Positions 36,462 through 46,363 of a stretch of 64,000 nucleotides of DNA are shown one piece after another; the stretch's first letter is position 1; every line of letters begins with the position of its first letter. Made by a program: the position numbers and the translations under genes. This DNA comes from an uncultured Candidatus Saccharibacteria bacterium (GTDB lineage: Bacteria > Patescibacteriota > Minisyncoccia > Phycocordibacterales > WO2-35-19), in assembly GCA_964630525.1 (NCBI GenBank), contig CAZVUY010000003.1, forward strand, positions 48,699-112,698, given 5' to 3'. Below the pieces are notes generated by a model. That model was given only the letters and a program-made list of their open reading frames with translations, was not told where the DNA came from and did no database searches.

Positions 36462-37028
36462 ATGTTCGAATCACATAAAAACAAAATATTAAATTTTTAC
36501 AAAAAGCATCGACGGATGCCGGGTTATAACGAGATGCTCTCATTGCTTGGATTTAAATCTAAAAATGCAGTCTATAAATTGATTCAGAAAATGGTAGATG
36601 ATGGTACGGTGAGCAAAGACGCTAAGGGCAGGATCATTCCAACCAAACTGATAGGGGAGCTACCGTTTTTGGGTTTGGTAGAAGCTGGTATACCCACCAT
36701 GGCCGAAGCCCTAACCTCAGACACCTTGAGCCTCGATGATTATTTGATCCGTAGTAAAGAAGGTACCTATATTTTAGAAGTAAAAGGTGACTCCATGATC
36801 GAAGAGGGTATCAAAGAGGGTGATCTGGTGATCGTCGAGAGGCACGGCGAACCAAAAGAAGGAGACATTGTCATCGCCGAAGTCGATGGTGGCTGGACAA
36901 TGAAATTTTTTAGAAAGAATGGAAAACAAATTTATCTTGAACCAGCCAACAAAAAATACAAACCCATTTATCCCGAGTATGATTTGAAGATCGCCGCCAT
37001 CGTCAAAGGGGTAATCCGCAAATACTGA
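36462..37028 (+). CDS. lexA: SOS repressor LexA
   Basis: wHTH, VEAG cleavage site, VKGDSM, TMK, LEPAN. Confidence 0.92.
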   Translation: MFESHKNKILNFYKKHRRMPGYNEMLSLLGFKSKNAVYKLIQKMVDDGTVSKDAKGRIIPTKLIGELPFLGLVEAGIPTMAEALTSDTLSLDDYLIRSKEGTYILEVKGDSMIEEGIKEGDLVIVERHGEPKEGDIVIAEVDGGWTMKFFRKNGKQIYLEPANKKYKPIYPEYDLKIAAIVKGVIRKY

Positions 37029-37090
37029 TTTGTCTTTTAGGTAAAATAATGCATAATAGAAAGTGCCCCAAGCAGGGGTTTTATTATGGA

Positions 37091-37217
37091 TCCTGTAGTA
37101 GAAAATGGCATAGAAAGCTTTTCTCTCAGGCTAAGCGTATTTTGGAATTATTAGAATGAACTAAAATAATGGCGCAAATGCTTTCCAAATAAGCAATGCC
37201 ATTTTTCACTAACAGGA
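37091..37217. mobile_element. MITE-like inverted-repeat insertion at the typA start codon
   Basis: tcctgtagtagaaaatggcat ... atgccatttttcactaacagga flanked by duplicated (A)TGGA. Confidence 0.6.
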
Positions 37218-38992
37218 TGGAAATTAGAAACATTGCTATTATCGCTCACGTCGACCACGGCAAAACGACTCTCACTGACTCTATTTTGAAGCAGACCCAT
37301 GCCGTTGAAGAAGGAGTGAGTATGGACTCAAATGCGCTCGAAAAGGAGCGTGGTATTACCATTTATTCCAAAAATGCTTCTATTCAATACAAAAGTACCA
37401 AGATCAATATTGTCGACACTCCAGGGCATGCCGACTTTGGTTCTGAAGTAGAGCGAATCTTGCGATCGATCGACTCGGTTCTTTTGGTAGTCGATGCGCA
37501 AGAAGGGCCAATGCCCCAGACTCGCTTTGTGTTGAAAAAATCTTTGGAAATCGGCCATCGCCCGATCGTGGTTTTAAATAAAATCGATAAACCAGCGGCT
37601 GACCCGAAACGGGCGCATGATGAAATATTCGAATTATTTTTTGACTTGGGAGCGACCGAAGAACAACTCGATTTCACTACAGTCTATGCGATCGGTAAGG
37701 ATGGGGTGGCGATGAAAAATTTGGACGATGAACGGAAAAATATGGAACCACTTTTGGATACTATTTTAGAAAAGGTTACTCCGGCCCCCGACAAGACTGA
37801 AACAGCCCTCAGGGCTCAACCTTTTAATCTGGGTTATGACAACTTTTTGGGTCGCTTGGCGATCGTGAGGGTTTACGAGGGGGTACTCAAAGATGGTCAA
37901 AAAGTTTTTGTGAAGAAATCGGAAGGCAAGATCGAAGAAGGCAAGATCACCAAAATTTTCGTTTTTGAAGGTACCAACCGAAAGGAGGTGGCTGAAGTGA
38001 GAGCAGGGGATATTGCGATTATTGCTGGCCTGCCAAATATTTATATTGGAGACACCGTGACCGACAATCGAGAAGTGGAAAATTTGCCCTCGATCCATGT
38101 CGATGAGCCGACCATCGCTGTCAACTTTTTGGTCAACAATTCGCCTTTTGCTGGTCGGGAAGGCAAGTTTGTGACTAGTCGCCAGATTCGGGACAGATTG
38201 GTCAAAGAGCTTGAGATAAACGTAGGTCTAAAAGTGGACTTCGACGAGGAGGTAATGAAAGTTTATGGTCGTGGCGAGCTACATATCGCTATTTTGCTTG
38301 AAAATATGCGCCGCGAAGGTTTTGAGCTCCAGGTTTCTCAACCGCAGGTGATCATCAAAGAGATCGAGGGGGTGAAATGTGAGCCTTTCGAAGAAGTAAC
38401 CATCGATGTGCCTGAGGAAATGCAGGGGGTGGTGATCGAAAAGTTGGGCAAGCGTGGCGCTATCATGACCAATACTCGACACCACAACAACCATGTGCGA
38501 CTGATTTTCGAAGGACCAACTCGAGGGCTCCTCGGTTACCGCAACCAATTTGTGGTAGACACCAAAGGGGAAGGTATTTTTGCCAGTCGCGTGCTCGGCT
38601 TCAAACCTTATGCTGGTGAAATCCAAAAAAGACCGACCGGCTCGATGACTTCGATGGCTTCTGGCAAGGCGCTTGCTTTCGCGCTCGACAATCTGCAAAC
38701 TCGAGGCACTCTTTATATTGGTCCGACGACCGAAGTGTATGAAGGAATGGTGATCGGCAATACAGCGAAGGGTGATGAACTCGTGGTCAACCCAACCAAA
38801 GGCAAACAACTTACCAACATGCGTGCTTCCGGCTCGGACGACAAGATTTATCTAGCGCCCCCACTCCCAGTTACCATCGAAAGTGGTTTGGAAATAATGG
38901 CTGAGGATGAATATTTGGAAATTACTCCAAAAAGTGTCCGTTTGCGCAAAAAATATCTGACCGAACTCGAGCGCAACAAACATAGGGCATAA
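37217..38992 (+). CDS. typA: Translational GTPase TypA/BipA
   Basis: [57 protein letters not shown]. Confidence 0.98.
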   Translation: MEIRNIAIIAHVDHGKTTLTDSILKQTHAVEEGVSMDSNALEKERGITIYSKNASIQYKSTKINIVDTPGHADFGSEVERILRSIDSVLLVVDAQEGPMPQTRFVLKKSLEIGHRPIVVLNKIDKPAADPKRAHDEIFELFFDLGATEEQLDFTTVYAIGKDGVAMKNLDDERKNMEPLLDTILEKVTPAPDKTETALRAQPFNLGYDNFLGRLAIVRVYEGVLKDGQKVFVKKSEGKIEEGKITKIFVFEGTNRKEVAEVRAGDIAIIAGLPNIYIGDTVTDNREVENLPSIHVDEPTIAVNFLVNNSPFAGREGKFVTSRQIRDRLVKELEINVGLKVDFDEEVMKVYGRGELHIAILLENMRREGFELQVSQPQVIIKEIEGVKCEPFEEVTIDVPEEMQGVVIEKLGKRGAIMTNTRHHNNHVRLIFEGPTRGLLGYRNQFVVDTKGEGIFASRVLGFKPYAGEIQKRPTGSMTSMASGKALAFALDNLQTRGTLYIGPTTEVYEGMVIGNTAKGDELVVNPTKGKQLTNMRASGSDDKIYLAPPLPVTIESGLEIMAEDEYLEITPKSVRLRKKYLTELERNKHRA

Positions 38993-39086
38993 ATAAACCC
39001 AGACTTGCATTTTTTGCAACAATAATGTAGTATCCTGCCGGGCCTCTTTATGAGGCTTAATTTGATCTTTGAATTTGGAGGATAGT

Positions 39087-39857
39087 ATGCGACAAATCGT
39101 CGCCTTTTTTGTGATTTTCGTTTTTGCTTCCCTGGCTCCGGCCGCGGAGCTGATGCCGGATTTCGCTGGCGTACCTACCGGTTGGGTGACTGACCGGTAT
39201 CAGCCGAATGTTTTCGCCAACGTCGGCAACTTTGCCGGGCGCGACAATGTGCTCGGTATAACCACCACGGCGGACGAGAGTCTCGGTTCCCGTCCGGGGC
39301 CTTTCCAATCCACGTTCTACAACACTCAGGGCATGCAGTACGCCCTGACTGGCGGCGCAGGTGATTCGCTTTCAGCGGATCTCTGGGTGCCAGAAGAGTG
39401 GCGGAGCGAGGCCAATGGCTCGCGGAGGACCGATATGTGGGGGGTGATGACCGACGGCTCGTTGGTGACCGACTACCCAATAATCGGATTCACCAACTAC
39501 GGCGGGACTCCAACGTTTCGGGTGTGGGATGACATTGCTTGGGTGAACTTGAGCGATCCCATCCAGTACGGGTCATGGAACCGACTGAGCTTGCTATTCA
39601 CTGGTGCTTCCTACGAGTACTACGTAAATGGCAATCTTGCTTACACCGATAACACACTCGGTGCTGGAACCACTGGTTTCAGCGCCACGATCATGCAGAT
39701 CTACAATTTGGGCGATCCAGCATTTCCCAACGCGGTGGTCAACGACTATAGCGCCCATTGGGACAACGTAGGAGATGTACCCGAGCCGGCGACGTTGTCG
39801 CTTGCTGGACTGAGTCTGATGGGGCTCGGAATCTGGCATCGACGAAAAAAGGCCTGA
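39087..39857 (+). CDS. Secreted protein with PEP-CTERM sorting signal
   Basis: Signal peptide; C-terminal VPEPATLSLAGLSLMGLGIWHRRKKA. Confidence 0.9.
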   Translation: MRQIVAFFVIFVFASLAPAAELMPDFAGVPTGWVTDRYQPNVFANVGNFAGRDNVLGITTTADESLGSRPGPFQSTFYNTQGMQYALTGGAGDSLSADLWVPEEWRSEANGSRRTDMWGVMTDGSLVTDYPIIGFTNYGGTPTFRVWDDIAWVNLSDPIQYGSWNRLSLLFTGASYEYYVNGNLAYTDNTLGAGTTGFSATIMQIYNLGDPAFPNAVVNDYSAHWDNVGDVPEPATLSLAGLSLMGLGIWHRRKKA

Positions 39858-39881
39858 GCCTCATCGTTTGTTCATTCCCAA

Positions 39882-39911
39882 AACGCCCGAGACCGTAAGG
39901 TCTCGGGCGTT
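39882..39911. terminator. Terminator hairpin between convergent genes
   Basis: aacgcccgagacc-gtaa-ggtctcgggcgtt. Confidence 0.75.
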
Positions 39912-39918
39912 ACCTTTT

Positions 39919-40662
39919 TTAATTTAATTTTTGTATCAGAGCCTGCACCCCATCCCAGAGACCGTCACCGTCAGTGTCTCTCATTTTCGGATTGGTTTTA
40001 TTGCAAACCTCACCATCTTTAGCACCGAGGCATTCTTCATTGTAATCAGCGATACCGTCTTGGTCGGTATCTTCCGACCAGCGGGTGACTCTAGCTGTTA
40101 ATTCTTCTTCACCGGCCTCACCTCTATTTGTTGCCCCGCCTTGGGTTGGACTAAAACTGAGCATTTTGAGATTGCCGGCCTCGTCTTTGAGGAAAAAGAT
40201 AATGCTGCGAAAGCGGCCGATCAGGTTCATGTCTTTGTTATTTTCGATCCAGAAATCGGTAGCCAGGATTGCTTGCTTTTCGTCTGACCAGAAATGGACA
40301 AAGTCAGATTTTTTGAAAGCGCTACCGTAAGAGTAGGCGGCTCCCATCCGGGCTTCGCAGTCGATCCGAGTCTTTGGATCTTCACAGACCGGAGCGATTT
40401 TGTAGACTACACTTTTGATGCCTGCCAAATTGCGAGTTTTGTTGTATTCCAAATATTTTTGAAATAGATTCCAGGCCGCGTCTTTTGGATCATTCGAGAG
40501 TGGTAGGGACATTTCTGGCACTTCCGGATTTAGTGCTATTTTTTCTAATTGAGGCTCTTCTTTGGTGTTGGTCGGGTCGCCTGGTTGGTAGCGCATGATC
40601 AATACCAAAAGACCGATGATTGCCAAGAAAGAAAAAGTGAAATATATGATTTTGGTTTTCAT
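39919..40662 (-). CDS. Membrane-anchored protein with DxDxDG calcium-binding repeats
   Basis: N-terminal TM; DTDQDGIAD and TNPKMRDTDGDGLWDG. Confidence 0.8.
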   Translation of the reverse strand: MKTKIIYFTFSFLAIIGLLVLIMRYQPGDPTNTKEEPQLEKIALNPEVPEMSLPLSNDPKDAAWNLFQKYLEYNKTRNLAGIKSVVYKIAPVCEDPKTRIDCEARMGAAYSYGSAFKKSDFVHFWSDEKQAILATDFWIENNKDMNLIGRFRSIIFFLKDEAGNLKMLSFSPTQGGATNRGEAGEEELTARVTRWSEDTDQDGIADYNEECLGAKDGEVCNKTNPKMRDTDGDGLWDGVQALIQKLN

Positions 40663-40697
40663 AATGGGGTAGGATAACATAGGTGTATAATATTTTC

Positions 40698-41315
40698 ATG
40701 CAAAACCTAATCAAGACACTCAAGACACCGCAACGGGTACAAGATTTTCTCGACACCATTCCTTTCAATTTTGAAAACAGTAGAGAAACATATTGGTCGC
40801 CAAAGAAGGCATTAGCGAAAAACAAAATGCACTGCTTTGAAGGAGCACTGTTCGCTTGTGCTTGCTTGCATCATCACCTCTTAGTCAACTATTTGCTCGA
40901 TCTCAAAGTGAAAAATTTGCAAAAAGATAGCGATCACACCCTGTGTGTTTTCAAGGTGAATGGTTTTTGGGGAGCGATCAGCAAGACCAACCATGGTGTT
41001 TTGCGTTACCGCGATCCGATCTATCGGACGACCCGGGAGCTGGCGATGTCGTATTTCCATGAATACTTTATAAATTCTGGAGAGAAAACTTTGCACTCTT
41101 TTTCCAAACCTTTCGATATTTGGAAAAAGTTTGGTACTGATTGGGTGGAGAGCGAAGCCGATTTGGATGAGATAGCGCAGGCTCTGGATAGCTCCCCTCA
41201 CGAGCTGTTTGTGCCCAAGACTAATCGAAAGTATGTCCGCCCAGCTGGTAAATTGGAAATAAAAATGGCTTCTTTGCAAGAGTGGAGCAAAAAAGGGAAA
41301 AAAGGTATATTTTAG
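40698..41315 (+). CDS. Conserved hypothetical protein (transglutaminase/cysteine-protease-like fold)
   Basis: HCFEGALFA, DSDH, WGAISKTNH, YRDPIYR, ELAMSYFHEY. Confidence 0.8.
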   Translation: MQNLIKTLKTPQRVQDFLDTIPFNFENSRETYWSPKKALAKNKMHCFEGALFACACLHHHLLVNYLLDLKVKNLQKDSDHTLCVFKVNGFWGAISKTNHGVLRYRDPIYRTTRELAMSYFHEYFINSGEKTLHSFSKPFDIWKKFGTDWVESEADLDEIAQALDSSPHELFVPKTNRKYVRPAGKLEIKMASLQEWSKKGKKGIF

Positions 41316-41319
41316 CAAT

Positions 41320-41826
41320 ATGAAAAAAGCAATCACTTGGATAGTTTGGCTGCTGGTACTTATCGGCCTTGTTTATCTTTATCGTATTTCGACCAAGGTA
41401 GAATTGCCAGTGGTAGGAACTAATGGCGAAGTGAAGGGGGAATACGCGATCAGCAATATCATGGCTTTGGGCAAACCCTATCGTTGTACTTTTGAAAAGA
41501 AAGACGAAACCTCGATGATCCAAGGCGTACTTACCACCGATGCGCTCAATATTTACGGTGAATTTAAAATCAATACTGAAATTTTGGAGGAGAGCTTCAG
41601 AACTTTCCTTCTGGTCAGGGGCAAAGAATCATACATTTGGACTTCGCTGCAAAATGTAGGTTTCAAGTCGAGAGTGACAAATTCTGCGACCAAAAATGCT
41701 TCACCGGAAGAGCAGGCTCAGATCGTCGGCCTCAAAGACAAGTTGGAACTTAGCTGCTCACCACTCGCTGAGATCGACCCTTCTACTTTCGAAGTGCCAT
41801 CCTCGATAGAATTCGTAAGTCGCTAA
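41320..41826 (+). CDS. Hypothetical membrane-anchored protein
   Basis: N-terminal TM; C-terminal C...STFEVPSSIEF. Confidence 0.75.
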   Translation: MKKAITWIVWLLVLIGLVYLYRISTKVELPVVGTNGEVKGEYAISNIMALGKPYRCTFEKKDETSMIQGVLTTDALNIYGEFKINTEILEESFRTFLLVRGKESYIWTSLQNVGFKSRVTNSATKNASPEEQAQIVGLKDKLELSCSPLAEIDPSTFEVPSSIEFVSR

Positions 41827-41908
41827 TCCACAGCCCCACTTTTTGACTTTTTAAGTCAAGGAGTGTATTGTTTTTATTAGTAGTTATTTCTTCTCAAGGA
41901 GATTTTTG

Positions 41909-42169
41909 ATGCGCTTGTCTATGGAGGAAGTGAGGAAGATGTTAGAAGGTGGTAGCCCCATCCTTCTTTCGGAAGGAATTCATCCGAAAGTGGTTGAGCA
42001 GGCTGTCCGGCATACCTACAATGTGCCGGATCATATTGGATTGAAGTTTCTTCCAAAATTTGGAGGAGGTATGCCGCCCAAGAATGCGATCATATCGGAA
42101 ATCCCGATTGTTTCGATGGCAGAAATGGATCCCAAGAAGATCCCTGTTACATTCAGACAGATGCAGTAA
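41909..42169 (+). CDS. Hypothetical protein
   Basis: AAGGAG SD; followed by a GC hairpin at 42175-42201. Confidence 0.55.
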   Translation: MRLSMEEVRKMLEGGSPILLSEGIHPKVVEQAVRHTYNVPDHIGLKFLPKFGGGMPPKNAIISEIPIVSMAEMDPKKIPVTFRQMQ

Positions 42170-42321
42170 TATTCCGGCCGGCGCGTCTGACGCGCCGGCC
42201 ACTTTCATGCCCAAAAGTTATCCCCAACTCCACTACCTCTTGCAAGTTTTAAATAATAGGTGTATAAAATGTGAGGAGGACCTTCCGTTGACGAGGAGGT
42301 CAATCTAGAAGGAGATTTTTT

Positions 42322-42507
42322 ATGGTGAGTCCAGGGTTTGGGTATAATAATACCCCGAGAAGACAACTGCGTCAGGCAGCAAAGGAGGAAGCGGTAATTT
42401 GTTCCTGCTGCTTCAAAAACTCGTTGGCTCATGCCAACAGGTTTGGGACTTGTCGCGGTTGCCGGCAAGTTCTCAAAGGATACGAGAAGGTGGCCAAGGT
42501 TCAGTAG
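42322..42507 (+). CDS. Small Cys-rich (zinc-finger-like) protein
   Basis: AAGGAG SD; CSCC and CRGC. Confidence 0.55.
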   Translation: MVSPGFGYNNTPRRQLRQAAKEEAVICSCCFKNSLAHANRFGTCRGCRQVLKGYEKVAKVQ

Positions 42508-42615
42508 TCCTAGGGAGGGGCTTCGAGGTGTTTACCCCGGAGTGCTAGGCCCCGCACACGTTGTTGATGCGGGGCTTAATCGTGCCAACCACTTTTTGAT
42601 GCTATAATGCGAGGG

Positions 42616-43617
42616 ATGATCGAAAAGTTTAAAGACACCAAATACATATTTTTTGTTGGTATTGGTGGGTCGGACCTGGCATCCAAAGCAGTTTGGGAAG
42701 CGATAACTCTCCACAAACCAGAGACAGGCAAAAAAGTTTTTTTCTTGGAATCGCCGGATTCGCGCGAATATGAAGAAGTTAGTTATTTTGTAAACGAGGT
42801 GGCGGCCGATCTCAGCGAGGTGGTGCTTTTGGTGGTCAGCAAATCCGGACGGACGACTGAAACCATCGAAGCTTATCAAAAAACTTTCGATATACTTTCT
42901 GAAAAATTTGGCGGTCCGATCAGCGAACAGACTGTTGTCATCTCTACTCCGGGTTCGCCCCTTTGGCAGATGGCCGAATCGAAAGGGTTTTCTCTCATTG
43001 CCTGGGAAGGGGAGGTGGGCGGCCGGTTCAGCGCTTTTACAGTAGCGCATACTGCTTTTTTGAAGATGGTTGACCTCGATGTGGAATCTTTCCTCTCTGG
43101 TAAGGCTGATATGGATAAACGTTGTGAGAGCGAAGACAGTCCCGCCAAGATTTTGGCTCAAAATATTTTTGATAATTACAAAAAAGGTCTTGAGATCCTT
43201 GATTTCTTTTTCTTCAATTCCGAACTTGAAAGTTTGGGCAAGTGGTGCCGGCAGCTGATCGCCGAGAGTCTTTCGGTTTTGACACCAACTATTTCGTTGG
43301 GTCCGACCGATCTCCACTCGATGCTCGAACTCTATTTGGGCGGACCAAAAGATCGCTTTACTCTTTTTGTTCGATCAATTGAGGAGATAAGGGGAGGTGT
43401 CAACGAAAAGGCTTATGGAGATGTGGCGCTCGCTTATGAGAAAGCCTCGCTACCTTTTGAAAAGTATGAAATGGAGAAGATCGACGAATACAATATCGGT
43501 GCTTTTATGGCGTTTATGATTGCGACAACACTCGAGCTCGCAGAGCTGCTCGGAGTCGACCCTTATGATCAGCCAGCGGTGGAGGAGTATAAAAAACATT
43601 TAACTGATAACCAGTAA
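42616..43617 (+). CDS. pgi: Glucose-6-phosphate isomerase (compact)
   Basis: GIGGSDL, SKSGRTTET, VGGRFSAFT, QLIAES, DLHS, DPYDQPAVEEYK. Confidence 0.93.
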   Translation: MIEKFKDTKYIFFVGIGGSDLASKAVWEAITLHKPETGKKVFFLESPDSREYEEVSYFVNEVAADLSEVVLLVVSKSGRTTETIEAYQKTFDILSEKFGGPISEQTVVISTPGSPLWQMAESKGFSLIAWEGEVGGRFSAFTVAHTAFLKMVDLDVESFLSGKADMDKRCESEDSPAKILAQNIFDNYKKGLEILDFFFFNSELESLGKWCRQLIAESLSVLTPTISLGPTDLHSMLELYLGGPKDRFTLFVRSIEEIRGGVNEKAYGDVALAYEKASLPFEKYEMEKIDEYNIGAFMAFMIATTLELAELLGVDPYDQPAVEEYKKHLTDNQ

Positions 43618-43627
43618 TCACAATTTT

Positions 43628-44407
43628 ATGGGCTTTATATTATTCGACATAGGAGGAACCAAAATAAGGATGGCATATTCAGACGATGGCGAGAGTTTTG
43701 AAGAACCGAGAGTGATTGAGACACCCAAAAATTATGAAGAAGGTAAAAAAATTTTTGTAGAGCTTGCAAAAGATTTGACCAAAGGTAGGGAGGCAAAAAA
43801 ATTTGTAGGTGGTATGAGTAGGAGCGTTGCTGGCTGGGGTTATGGTTGGTTTAAGTCAGATTTGGAGAACCTGGTACAGGCAGAAATCTATCTTGAAAAC
43901 GATGCCGCCATGGTTGGGCTTGGTGAAGCGGTTTATGGCGCTGGCAGAGGTTTTGATATTGTGGCATATGTTACAGTTTCTACCGGAGTGGGCGGTGCGC
44001 GGATTGTTGGTGGTAAAATCGACGAGAAGGCAGTGGGCTTTGAGCCAGGTAAGCAGATAATCGATATCGATGCGGGTGACAGACTTGAAGATTTGATATC
44101 TGGCAAGGCTCTAGAAGAAAAGACCGGTAAGTCTCCAAAGGAAATAACTGATCCGAAAGTGTGGAATGAGCATGCCTACTTCCTCGCGGTGGGACTCAAC
44201 AATGTTATCGTTGGCTGGTCGCCAAACGTGGTGGTGCTAGGTGGCTCCATGATAACCGGCGATCCAGCTATTCCTCTCGACAAAACCGAAGAATATCTTA
44301 AAGGTTTGTTGAAAATTTTCCCAGAATTGCCGGCGATCAAAAAAGCAAAGCTTGGCGACTTTGGCGGGCTCTGGGGCGCACTGACATACCTAAAAGCTAA
44401 AAATTAA
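43628..44407 (+). CDS. ROK-family sugar kinase (glucokinase-like)
   Basis: DIGGTK, LENDAAMVGLGEA, TVSTGVGG, FEPG. Confidence 0.9.
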   Translation: MGFILFDIGGTKIRMAYSDDGESFEEPRVIETPKNYEEGKKIFVELAKDLTKGREAKKFVGGMSRSVAGWGYGWFKSDLENLVQAEIYLENDAAMVGLGEAVYGAGRGFDIVAYVTVSTGVGGARIVGGKIDEKAVGFEPGKQIIDIDAGDRLEDLISGKALEEKTGKSPKEITDPKVWNEHAYFLAVGLNNVIVGWSPNVVVLGGSMITGDPAIPLDKTEEYLKGLLKIFPELPAIKKAKLGDFGGLWGALTYLKAKN

Positions 44408-44433
44408 AAGCATAAAGTTAAAAGTTTATAAAC

Positions 44434-44661
44434 ATGGGAATCAAAGATTTTTTTGTTCGAAAGATGGTGGAGGCCAAACTGAAGGATGTGCCGAAGGAAC
44501 AACAGGAGCAAATGCTTAAACTGATCGAACAAAATCCGGAGCTGTTTCAAAAGATCGCTCTTGAAATTCAAGCTGAAATGAAAAATGGCAAAGAGGAGAT
44601 GGTGGCGGCGATGTCAGTGATGGCAAAATACAAAGATGATTTACAAAAGTTAATGAAATAA
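44434..44661 (+). CDS. Conserved hypothetical protein
   Basis: 75-aa ORF; NPELFQKIALEIQ. Confidence 0.75.
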   Translation: MGIKDFFVRKMVEAKLKDVPKEQQEQMLKLIEQNPELFQKIALEIQAEMKNGKEEMVAAMSVMAKYKDDLQKLMK

Positions 44662-44666
44662 TCGCT

Positions 44667-45239
44667 ATGAAGAAAATCTGCATCATTATCGGTCACCCGG
44701 ACACCATAAGCTTCAACCACCAATTGGCCGAATCTTACGCAGAGGGGGCGAGAGAAAAAGGTCATGAAGTGAGGGTTACCAACTTGGGCGATCTATCTTT
44801 TGATCCAGTGCTGCACCACGGTTATCGCGAAATTCAGGAGTTGGAGCCAGACCTGAAAAAGATCCAGGAGGATATAAAATGGTGTGAGCACCTAGTGATC
44901 ATCTACCCATCTTGGTGGTCGACGATGCCGGCTATCCTGAAAGGTATGTTTGATCGTATTTGGTTGCCGGGTTTTGCTTTTCATTTCCACCCAAACGGTT
45001 TGTGGTGGGACGGTTTGCTCAAAGGTCGCACCGCGAGAGTCTTTGTGACTTCCGATGCTCCACCCATCTTCACTCGCATTATCTTTGGTGATACGACCAA
45101 TGAAATCCGCAAAGGTATTTTGTGGTTTGCTGGCCTCTCTGTCTCAGTCAAAAAGATTGGCCCTCTCAAAAGAATTTCAGAAGAGAAGAAGCAAAAGTGG
45201 CTCAACAAGCTCAAAAAGTGGGGGAGCAAGGTTTACTGA
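44667..45239 (+). CDS. NAD(P)H dehydrogenase (quinone), flavodoxin-2 family
   Basis: GHPD..SFN, IYPSWWSTMPAILKGMFDR, LLKGR. Confidence 0.92.
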   Translation: MKKICIIIGHPDTISFNHQLAESYAEGAREKGHEVRVTNLGDLSFDPVLHHGYREIQELEPDLKKIQEDIKWCEHLVIIYPSWWSTMPAILKGMFDRIWLPGFAFHFHPNGLWWDGLLKGRTARVFVTSDAPPIFTRIIFGDTTNEIRKGILWFAGLSVSVKKIGPLKRISEEKKQKWLNKLKKWGSKVY

Positions 45240-45251
45240 TACCTATAATTT

Positions 45252-45779
45252 TTAAGCAATATTTTTAAGGAGAGCACCGACGAAATAAGCAACTAAAGCG
45301 GCGATAGTGCCGATGGTACATGTTTGCAACGCAGTTTTCCAGCTTGGAGTGTGAGATACTTTGCCTCTAATCAAACCGATTATGAAAAACGTGATAAGAG
45401 TTAGTATTGAAGCGATGAGGAATTCATCTTTAATTGTTTCCGGTGAAAAATAGCTTATGACGTAAGCAACGAGGGGAATCGAACCGACAGTGATAAAAGA
45501 GAAAAAGGTGGCCAGGGCTGTTTTCCAGGGTTTGGTATGTGAATGTCCGCTTTCGTGCTTGGTTTGGTCTTGGTGCGATTCTTCGGAGAGATAATTTGAA
45601 GAGGCCATAGAAAAGCCGTCGGCGAGTACATTCGAAAAGCCCAAAATTAAAACAATGCCCGAGTCTAGTCTGGCTCCGGCGATACCAGCAATAATAGCGA
45701 AGGTGGTCACGGCGCCATCGATCGAACCGTAAACAAACTCCGGCAAATATTTCCAAAATTTTTTCTTCAATCGTTCCAT
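45252..45779 (-). CDS. VIT1/CCC1-family transporter
   Basis: VYGSIDGAVTTFA, ADGFSMASSNYLS, ATFFSF...GSIPL. Confidence 0.92.
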   Translation of the reverse strand: MERLKKKFWKYLPEFVYGSIDGAVTTFAIIAGIAGARLDSGIVLILGFSNVLADGFSMASSNYLSEESHQDQTKHESGHSHTKPWKTALATFFSFITVGSIPLVAYVISYFSPETIKDEFLIASILTLITFFIIGLIRGKVSHTPSWKTALQTCTIGTIAALVAYFVGALLKNIA

Positions 45780-45834
45780 TTACGAAATAATAACACAAAA
45801 CCCGAGGAGCAAAAGCTCAACTCGGGTGTTTTGT

Positions 45835-46017
45835 TTATCGCGGGACGAGCTGGTTTAGATCAAAGCCAGCTTCGAGATTTCTGCTTGTATTACTCATCAC
45901 TGCGTTTGCGGTGTTGAGTGTGTTGACAAGCAGGTCTTCTCCGGCGACAAACACTTCGGACATAAGGAACTTGAGGATTATTATCGTTAACCCAAGTCCC
46001 AAAGCTTTTCTAATCAT
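45835..46017 (-). CDS. Small membrane-anchored hypothetical protein
   Basis: 60-aa ORF with N-terminal TM and downstream hairpin. Confidence 0.6.
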   Translation of the reverse strand: MIRKALGLGLTIIILKFLMSEVFVAGEDLLVNTLNTANAVMSNTSRNLEAGFDLNQLVPR

Positions 46018-46108
46018 CCGATTAAAATTGCGGGGGCTAAATGTAGTGGCCCGGACCCCAAAATTTGCACACTGATCTTGTATAATTAGTCACCTAATAT
46101 ACAAGTAT

Positions 46109-46363
46109 ATGAAAAAGCATCGCATCGCTCCCGAAGTTAAGGAGCAAATCATTAATCGCATCAAGAACGATGGTTTAACTGTCGTTCAGGCTGCCAAAGA
46201 TCACGGAGTGGCCGAGGGCACCATCTATACTTGGATCGCCAGGAAAACGGACGAGAATGTATCTCTATCAGACTTTCTCAAGATTAAAAGAGAAAATGAT
46301 CAGCTCAAGATGCTTCTGGGCGAGATCACCCTCAAGCTGTCCGAAACCCAAAAAAAGAAGTGA
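46109..46363 (+). CDS. IS3 transposase OrfA (HTH)
   Basis: HTH AAKDHGVAEGTIYTW and leucine zipper; A AAA AAG -1 slippery site at 46351-46357. Confidence 0.9.
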   Translation: MKKHRIAPEVKEQIINRIKNDGLTVVQAAKDHGVAEGTIYTWIARKTDENVSLSDFLKIKRENDQLKMLLGEITLKLSETQKKK

